Shown here piece after piece: positions 17,193-23,483 of a DNA stretch of 64,000 nt. The position numbers and the translations under genes are program-made. The stretch lies in assembly GCA_035540715.1 (NCBI GenBank), contig DATLGA010000034.1:10580-74579 (forward strand). The letters run 5' to 3'. The notes beneath the pieces are model-generated. The model was not told where the DNA came from. It made no database searches and worked only from the letters and a program-made list of their open reading frames with translations. Each line of letters begins with the position of its first letter. Positions within the stretch are counted from its first letter, which is position 1. The DNA comes from Candidatus Limnocylindrales bacterium. GTDB taxonomy: Bacteria; Chloroflexota; Limnocylindria; QHBO01.

Positions 17193-17420
17193 GTGCTGCG
17201 ACCCAACCCGCCCCGCCTCGTCACCCTCGTCCTCGCCGTGGCGCTCGTCGTCATCGGCGTGTCGGCCACGATCTTCCCCCTCGACTTCGTGAACGAGGCG
17301 CTCGCCCTCGTGCAGGGCGAGATCGGCACGAGCATCGAGGTGACGACCGAGATCGGCTGGCTCTGCCTCCTCGCGGCCAACCTGCTCCTCGTGGCCGGAT
17401 CGCTGCTGCCGGGGATCTGA
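17193..17420 (+). CDS. small membrane protein (2 TM), paralog of the next gene
   Basis: GTG 17193 lies 7 nt after TATACT 17180..17185, so the start looks leaderless. 75 aa with two hydrophobic helices. It shares the PRLxT...IG...AG..L.G pattern with 17424..17618. Confidence 0.55.
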   Translation: MLRPNPPRLVTLVLAVALVVIGVSATIFPLDFVNEALALVQGEIGTSIEVTTEIGWLCLLAANLLLVAGSLLPGI

Positions 17421-17423
17421 CCG

Positions 17424-17618
17424 ATGAACCGCATGAACTTCGCCCCGCGCCTTCCGACGATCATCGTCGCGCTGGCGTTCACGCTGATCGGGCTGCTGGG
17501 CACCTTCGGGAACGTCCTGCCCGCGGTCGCGGGCATCGAGTCGACCGTCCTCGGCGTGTGGGCCTACCTGGTCGGCTTTGCGGTCCTCATCGCGGGGATC
17601 GTCCTCCGCGGGCTCTAG
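17424..17618 (+). CDS. small membrane protein (2 TM)
   Basis: 64-aa ORF MNRMNFAPRLPTIIVALAFTLIGLLG... located 3 nt after the previous stop. Confidence 0.55.
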   Translation: MNRMNFAPRLPTIIVALAFTLIGLLGTFGNVLPAVAGIESTVLGVWAYLVGFAVLIAGIVLRGL

Positions 17619-18421
17619 GCCGCGCCGGGGGCCCCCAGCAGGACCGGCAGCACGCTGCCGAAGAAGTAGCCCGCGACGCCGGCGATCGCGCCCACCGCCA
17701 GGATCTCGAGCCCCGACGCCAGCCAGCCGCGATGCGTCCATCGGCTCTTCACGACGCCGATCGCGAACAGCACGGCGAGCGTGGCGAGGACCGAGAGCGT
17801 CACGGCCGGGCCGCCGGTGGCGAACAGGTGGGGAACGATCGGCGGGAGCGCGCCGAGGCCGAACGCCCCGCCCATGACGAGCGCTCCCTGCATCGGCGAG
17901 CCCTCCTCGGGCTCGACGGCCAGCCCGAGCTCCTTCTCGACCATCGTCTTGAGGAGCGCCTCGGGATGTTCGGCCATGATCCGCGCCACCTGGACCGCCC
18001 GATCGTGGGGGAGGCCGTCCTCCTCGAGCATGAACGCGATCTCGGCCTCGGCCTCACCGGGGCGTTCGTGAACCTCGTCGCGCTCGTCGACGATCTGCGC
18101 CTCGAAGATCTCTCGCTGGCTCTTCGACCCGATGTACTCGCCGGCGGCCATGCTGAACACCCCCGCCAGGGCGGATGCGATGCCCGCGATCAGGACGGTG
18201 TAGCGGTCGCTGGTCGCGCCAGCCACGGTGCTCACGACCGCCAGCGTGCTGACGAGGCCGTCCTGCGCTCCGAAGACCGCCTCCCGGATCTCGCCGAGGA
18301 GGCTTGCCTTGCGGCGCTCGTCGGCGAGGTGTGTGCGCAGGAACTCGTGGTCGAACTCGCTCGCGACCATGTGGGCGCGGGCGTCCTCGTCGGCCATCAG
18401 CCTCGCGGTGCGCTGGTCCAT
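17615..18421 (-). CDS. VIT1/CCC1 family iron/manganese transporter
   Basis: 268 aa with an N-terminal ferritin-like region, FGAQDGLVSTLAVV, and C-terminal TM helices. TACGAT lies 8 nt upstream of the ATG on the minus strand. Confidence 0.85.
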   Translation of the reverse strand: MDQRTARLMADEDARAHMVASEFDHEFLRTHLADERRKASLLGEIREAVFGAQDGLVSTLAVVSTVAGATSDRYTVLIAGIASALAGVFSMAAGEYIGSKSQREIFEAQIVDERDEVHERPGEAEAEIAFMLEEDGLPHDRAVQVARIMAEHPEALLKTMVEKELGLAVEPEEGSPMQGALVMGGAFGLGALPPIVPHLFATGGPAVTLSVLATLAVLFAIGVVKSRWTHRGWLASGLEILAVGAIAGVAGYFFGSVLPVLLGAPGAA

Positions 18422-18523
18422 GTCGCCCGATCGTAGCCGAGCGCGGGCTCGTTCACCGGTCGGATGCGCTAGACTTCGCGGAGTCCTTTAAGCCCGGCAC
18501 CGTGATGTCGGAAAGGGAGACCG

Positions 18524-19702
18524 ATGCAGATTGCTGCGCACGAGAACGAGCCGATGACGACGCGGGCCGCGGAAGAGCGGTCGGCGTCGTTTCCGTCTCC
18601 GGCCCTCCTGGCGCTCGAAGGCGGCACCGTGCTAGCCGGCATGCTCCACGGTCCGCCCGTGACCGCCGAGGGGGACCTCGTCTTCACGACCGCCGCGACC
18701 GGCTGGGGCGAGATCCTCACCGACCCCTCCTATGCCGGCCAGATGGTCGTGTTGACCCATCCCATGGCCGGCAACTACCGCATCGCGCGCTCGGAGCTCG
18801 AGTCGAGCCGGGTGCATGCCCGCGGCCTCGTCGTGACCCGCATGGTGGACCCGCCCGAGGGGCCGGGTCTCTCGCTCGTCGACCTTCTCGAGGAGGGCGG
18901 CATTCCGGCCATCTCAGGCGTCGATACGCGCGCGCTCACGCTGCTCCTGCGCAACGGGGCGGCGCGCCGCGCGGTCATCGTGCCGGCCGAGGCCGGTGAA
19001 ACCGAAGCCCGCGAGTCCGAGGCGGTCGAGGCGGCCCGCGCCAGCACCCCGTGGGAGGCCGTCGATCACGTGCTGGCCGTCGCCCCGGACCGCCCGTACG
19101 TCATCGCGCCGGCCGGCCCGCGGCGCGCCCGCGCCGTGCTGCTCGACTACGGGGTGAAGCGATCGCTTCTCGCCGCCCTGGCCGCGCGCGGAATCGAGAT
19201 CACCGCGCTGCCGCCCGATGCCGGCGTGGAGGACGTTCGCGCGCATACGCCCGACCTCGTCGTGCTGTCCCCGGGTCCGGGCGACCCGTCGCGGATGACG
19301 CCGCAGATCGACGTCGTCCGCGACCTGGCGGGTGCCGCGGCCGCCGGCGGACCGCCGATCCTCGGCGTCTGCCTCGGCCATCAGCTGCTCGGGCTCGCGG
19401 CCGGCGCCGAGACGCGCCGGCTGGCCGTCGGCCACCACGGTGGCAACCACGCGGTGCTCGAGGCGGCCACCGGCCGGGTCGACATCGGCGCGCACAACCA
19501 CGAGGTCGAGGTCGTGGACGCCCCCGCCCTGGCCGCGGCGGGGTACGCGGTCAGCCACCGGGACCTCAACGACGGGACCGTCGAGGGCCTCGTCCACGCC
19601 AGCGGTCGCATCGCATCGGTGCAGTTCCATCCGGAGGGGGCCCCGGGACCGATCGACGCGACGCGCGTCTTCGACCTCGCGCTGGAGCGTGCCCTGGCAT
19701 GA
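18524..19702 (+). CDS. carA: carbamoyl-phosphate synthase small (glutaminase) subunit
   Basis: TDPSYAGQMVVLTHPMAGNY plus GATase motif ILGVCLGHQLL and HNHEV. AAGGGAG SD precedes ATG 18524. Confidence 0.9.
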   Translation: MQIAAHENEPMTTRAAEERSASFPSPALLALEGGTVLAGMLHGPPVTAEGDLVFTTAATGWGEILTDPSYAGQMVVLTHPMAGNYRIARSELESSRVHARGLVVTRMVDPPEGPGLSLVDLLEEGGIPAISGVDTRALTLLLRNGAARRAVIVPAEAGETEARESEAVEAARASTPWEAVDHVLAVAPDRPYVIAPAGPRRARAVLLDYGVKRSLLAALAARGIEITALPPDAGVEDVRAHTPDLVVLSPGPGDPSRMTPQIDVVRDLAGAAAAGGPPILGVCLGHQLLGLAAGAETRRLAVGHHGGNHAVLEAATGRVDIGAHNHEVEVVDAPALAAAGYAVSHRDLNDGTVEGLVHASGRIASVQFHPEGAPGPIDATRVFDLALERALA

Positions 19703-22494
19703 CGCCCCCGCAGAAGGTCCTGGTGATCGGCTCGGGACCGATCCTCATCGGGCAGGCGGCCGAGTTCGACTATGCCGGCGTGCAGGCGTGCCTGGCGCTG
19801 CGATCGGAGGGCGTCGAGACGATCCTCGTGAACTCGAATCCGGCGACGGTCATGACCGATCCGGACGTCGGCGGCACCGTGATCATCGGGCCGCTGACGC
19901 TCGAGCACGTCACGCGGGTCATCGAGACGCACCGGCCGGATTCGCTCCTGCCGACGCTCGGCGGCCAGACCGGCCTCAACCTGGCGGTGGCGCTGGACGA
20001 TGCCGGCGTCCTCGACCGATACGGCGTGCGAGTCCTCGGCACGCCGCTCGACGCGGTGCGGGCGGCGGAGGACCGGGGTGGCTTTCGGTCGCTCGTGACC
20101 GGCATCGGGGAGCCGGTGCCCGAATCCGCGGTGGTGGAGAGCGTCGAGGACGGGATGCGCTTCGTGACCGCGCTCAACTCCTCGGTCGTCGTGCGGCCGG
20201 CGTTCACGCTCGGCGGCGGTGGGGGAGGCTTCGCGCACACCGCCGTCGAGGCCCGAGAGCGCATCGCCCGCGGACTCGAGGCCAGCCCGATCGGGCAGGT
20301 CCTGGTCGAGCGCTCGCTCCTCGGCTGGTACGAGATCGAGTTCGAGGTCCTGCGCGACGCATCCGACACGACGATCGCGATCTGTGGCATGGAGAACATG
20401 GACCCGATGGGGGTCCACACCGGCGACTCGATCGTCGTGGCGCCGATCCAGACCCTGCCCGACCCGCTCGTCCAGCGCCTGCGCCGATGCGCCCTGAAGA
20501 TCGTCCGGGCGCTGAAGCTCGAGGGGGGTTGCAACGTCCAGCTGGCCGTCGCGCCGGATGGCAGCGACTACCGCGTGATCGAGGTCAACCCGCGGGTGAG
20601 CCGATCGTCGGCGCTGGCGTCGAAGGCGACCGGCTATCCGATCGCCCGGATCGCCGCGCTCATCGCGCTCGGGCATCGGCTTCACGAAATGCCGAACCCG
20701 GCCACCGGCGGGAACTCGGCGGCCTTCGAGCCGGCGGTCGACTACGTCGTCGTGAAGCTGCCCCGCTGGCCGTTCGACAAGTTCCCGACCGCCGATCGCA
20801 GCCTCGGCGTCCAGATGAAGGCCACGGGCGAGGCGATGGCGATCGACCGGGAGTTCGGCCCGGCCCTGCTCAAGGCGATCCGGTCGCTGGAGCCGCGGGG
20901 GCGCGGGTGGCTGTGGGAGGACGCGGCATGGGACCTCAGCCATCGCCGGCCCGCCGACCTCGAGGCCTTCCTCTCGCCCTCCGACACGCGGCTGTGGCGC
21001 ATGATCGGCCTGCTGCGTCACGGCTGGACGGATGCCCCGGGCCTGTCCGCGGCGACGCGGATCGCCCCGTGGTTCACCGAGCGGCTGGCCGAGCTCGTCG
21101 AGGCGGAGCGCCGAGTGGTCGGGCAACCGCTCGACCGCGCGAAGCGGGCCGGCTTCGGTGACGCGGACGTCGCTCAGCTGTCGGGGGTGCCCTGGGCCGC
21201 CATCCGCCGCGCTCGCGTGCGCGCCGGCATCCACCCCGCGTATCGGCGCGTCGACACCTGTGCCGGGGAGTTCCCGGCCGAGACGCCGTACTTCTACTCG
21301 TCGTATGCCGAGCCGGAGGTGGCGGCGCCGGCCGATCGCCCCAGCGTGATCGTCGTCGGCTCGGGGCCCATCCGGATCGGACAGGGGATCGAGTTCGACT
21401 ACTGCTCGGTGCGCGCCGCCTGGGCGATCCGCGAGGCCGGACTCGACGCCGTCGTCATCAACAACAACCCTGAGACCGTCAGCACCGACTATGACGCCTG
21501 CACGCGGCTGTACTTCGAGCCGCTCGACACGGAGTCGGTGCTCGACGTGATCGACCACGAACGCGCGCTGACGGGCGAGCCCCCGGCGGTGGTGCTGACG
21601 TTCGGCGGGCAGACGGCGATCGACCTTGCCAAGGACCTGGCCTACGCCGACGTCCCGATCGCCGGGCTGACCGCCGAGGCGATCGAGATCACCGAGGATC
21701 GTGAACGGTTCGCCGGCCTGCTCGACGAGCTCGGCCTGAGCGGGCCGAACGGGTCGCTGGCATCGGACCCGGAGGAGCTGCGGGGCGCAATCGACGGGCT
21801 GGGCGGGCTGCCGGTCATCGTGCGCCCATCGTGGGTGATCGGCGGGCGAGGGATCGCGGTCCTGCGGAGTGCGGCGGACGTCGAAGCCTATCTGGAGACC
21901 GACGTCGGCTGGCCGCTGCGTGTCGACGAGCTCGTCGATGGCATCGAGCTCGATGTCGACGCGGTGTCCGACGGCACGACGTGGGCGGTCCCAGGGATCC
22001 TGGAGCAGGTCGACGAGCCGGGCGTGCACTCCGGCGACAGCGTGGCGGTCCTGCCGCCGCAGCGGCTGTCGCGACCGGTTCAGGAGGCGGCGGCCGAGGC
22101 GGCCGGTCGGATCGCCCTCGCCCTGGGTGTACGCGGCATCCTGAACGTGCAGATGATCGTGAGCGGGGAGCAGGTGATCGTGATCGAGGCCAATCCGCGC
22201 GCCAGCCGGACCGTGCCGATCGTGGCGAAGGCCACGGGCCTCGACGTCGTCGCGGCCGCCGTGCGCTGCGCGCTCGGCTCGTCACTCGCCGATGCGGGCC
22301 TGGCGCCCGGGCTTGCGCCGGATGGCCCGCTCGTGGCGGTCAAGGCACCGGTGGGCTCGCTGTGGCGCCTGCCCGGCGTCGATCCTCGTCCCGGACCGGA
22401 GATGCGCTCGACGGGCGAGGTGCTGGGCCTCGACCCGGACGTCGCGGTTGCGCGGGCCCTCGCCGAGGAGGCGGTCGCCGCGCATCGGGGCTGA
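19699..22494 (+). CDS. carB: carbamoyl-phosphate synthase large subunit, lacking the C-terminal MGS-like allosteric domain
   Basis: ATGA overlap with carA. Two ATP-grasp halves (VLVIGSGPILIGQAAEFDYAG and VIVVGSGPIRIGQGIEFDYC). At 931 aa it ends ~25 aa after EMRSTGEVLG. Confidence 0.9.
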   Translation: MTPPQKVLVIGSGPILIGQAAEFDYAGVQACLALRSEGVETILVNSNPATVMTDPDVGGTVIIGPLTLEHVTRVIETHRPDSLLPTLGGQTGLNLAVALDDAGVLDRYGVRVLGTPLDAVRAAEDRGGFRSLVTGIGEPVPESAVVESVEDGMRFVTALNSSVVVRPAFTLGGGGGGFAHTAVEARERIARGLEASPIGQVLVERSLLGWYEIEFEVLRDASDTTIAICGMENMDPMGVHTGDSIVVAPIQTLPDPLVQRLRRCALKIVRALKLEGGCNVQLAVAPDGSDYRVIEVNPRVSRSSALASKATGYPIARIAALIALGHRLHEMPNPATGGNSAAFEPAVDYVVVKLPRWPFDKFPTADRSLGVQMKATGEAMAIDREFGPALLKAIRSLEPRGRGWLWEDAAWDLSHRRPADLEAFLSPSDTRLWRMIGLLRHGWTDAPGLSAATRIAPWFTERLAELVEAERRVVGQPLDRAKRAGFGDADVAQLSGVPWAAIRRARVRAGIHPAYRRVDTCAGEFPAETPYFYSSYAEPEVAAPADRPSVIVVGSGPIRIGQGIEFDYCSVRAAWAIREAGLDAVVINNNPETVSTDYDACTRLYFEPLDTESVLDVIDHERALTGEPPAVVLTFGGQTAIDLAKDLAYADVPIAGLTAEAIEITEDRERFAGLLDELGLSGPNGSLASDPEELRGAIDGLGGLPVIVRPSWVIGGRGIAVLRSAADVEAYLETDVGWPLRVDELVDGIELDVDAVSDGTTWAVPGILEQVDEPGVHSGDSVAVLPPQRLSRPVQEAAAEAAGRIALALGVRGILNVQMIVSGEQVIVIEANPRASRTVPIVAKATGLDVVAAAVRCALGSSLADAGLAPGLAPDGPLVAVKAPVGSLWRLPGVDPRPGPEMRSTGEVLGLDPDVAVARALAEEAVAAHRG

Positions 22495-22729
22495 CCTGGC
22501 GGACGGGCACGAAGCGGGCACGAAGAGAGGCCGCCGAGCTCCAGTACGGAGGGTCCTGGAACCCGACGGCCCCCGAGAAGACGCCAGATGCTGTCGTCAG
22601 GAACCTGACAGAGGCCACGTGTGTCGCGTCCGGCCCGAGCTTCCGTCGGCGACGGGCCTCGTCAGCTTGTTCGGTGACAACGGCTCTTGGTGTCTCGCGC
22701 CGACTGCTCAGCAAGTCGCGTGCCGAACG

Positions 22730-23380
22730 TCACCGCGAACGCCGGGTTCTCCCGCCCAGCTGCGCCTGGCGGCGCCGGAGGTAGCCGCCGTACCAGCCCC
22801 CGACGAAGCCGAGGGCGCCCCAGTACACGAGCTCGAGCGCCGTCTGCAGAACGACGGCCTCCACGCCGAACGTCTCGCCCGGGGGCGCGCCGAGCTGGGC
22901 ATACACGAGCAGGATGAGCCCGGCGCTGAGAACCCCGCTGATGAGGCCCGCCGTGGCTCCGTAGAGACCCGGACGCTGCCAGCCCATCCACCCGGCGGCG
23001 ATCAGCGCACCGAACTGGACGAACGTCGCGAGCATCCCGATCAGTGTCGGCCCGTAGAACCGCGACGCCGACAGGCCGATGAACGCGACCGCCGACGGGA
23101 GGATCCATGCCAGCGGATTGGCGCGGAGCAGGAAGAGGCGCTCGCGGACCGGTGGCATCGGTCCGGTGCGATCGAACCGGGCGAGCGGATCGGGCCGATT
23201 CGGAAGCGGTGGCGCGGGTGGGAAGAGCGTGCGCAGGAAGCCCCCGCGCTGCTCGCCGGACGGTTCGTCTCGAACCTCGTCCGCGTCCTCCGGCTCGGGG
23301 GCCTCGCCGCGGGCGATCATGCGGGCGCGTCGGCGCGCCTCCGCCCTGGCGGCTCGTTCTTCGCTGCTTCGGGTCGACAT
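22730..23380 (-). CDS. hypothetical membrane protein (charged N-terminus plus ~4 TM)
   Basis: Start ATG 23380 (MSTRSSEERAARAE) lies 8 nt after a minus-strand TACAAT. GC3 is good. The track start at 23650 was rejected. Confidence 0.65.
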   Translation of the reverse strand: MSTRSSEERAARAEARRRARMIARGEAPEPEDADEVRDEPSGEQRGGFLRTLFPPAPPLPNRPDPLARFDRTGPMPPVRERLFLLRANPLAWILPSAVAFIGLSASRFYGPTLIGMLATFVQFGALIAAGWMGWQRPGLYGATAGLISGVLSAGLILLVYAQLGAPPGETFGVEAVVLQTALELVYWGALGFVGGWYGGYLRRRQAQLGGRTRRSR

Positions 23381-23405
23381 CGGCGCCGATTGTACTGTGG
23401 GCGGC

Positions 23406-23438
23406 CGGTAACCGGCCGGTAAGCGGACGATAACCGTG
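23406..23438. promoter_or_regulatory. three tandem 11-nt direct-repeat units (candidate response-regulator site) in a divergent promoter region
   Basis: CGGTAACCGGC / CGGTAAGCGGA / CGATAACCGTG are contiguous with an exact 11-nt period. They lie 46 nt upstream of ATG 23484, and a -10-like CATGAT sits at 23446..23451. Confidence 0.4.
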
Positions 23439-23483
23439 CGACCGGCATGATCGGCTCGGCCTGCGCGCCTCCAACCGCGAGGT

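Noticed and set aside
18440-18523. A PyrR-binding attenuator upstream of carA.
   Set aside because: GGAGUCCUUUAAGCCC does not match the RUCCAGAGAGGYU PyrR loop consensus, and no terminator/antiterminator pair is evident.
22495-22729. SRP (4.5S) RNA, or a degraded MGS allosteric domain of carB.
   Set aside because: The GTCAG-GAAC-CTGAC hairpin only superficially resembles SRP helix 8, and the GGAA/AGCA symmetric-loop motifs are missing. None of the three forward frames gives MGS-like sequence.
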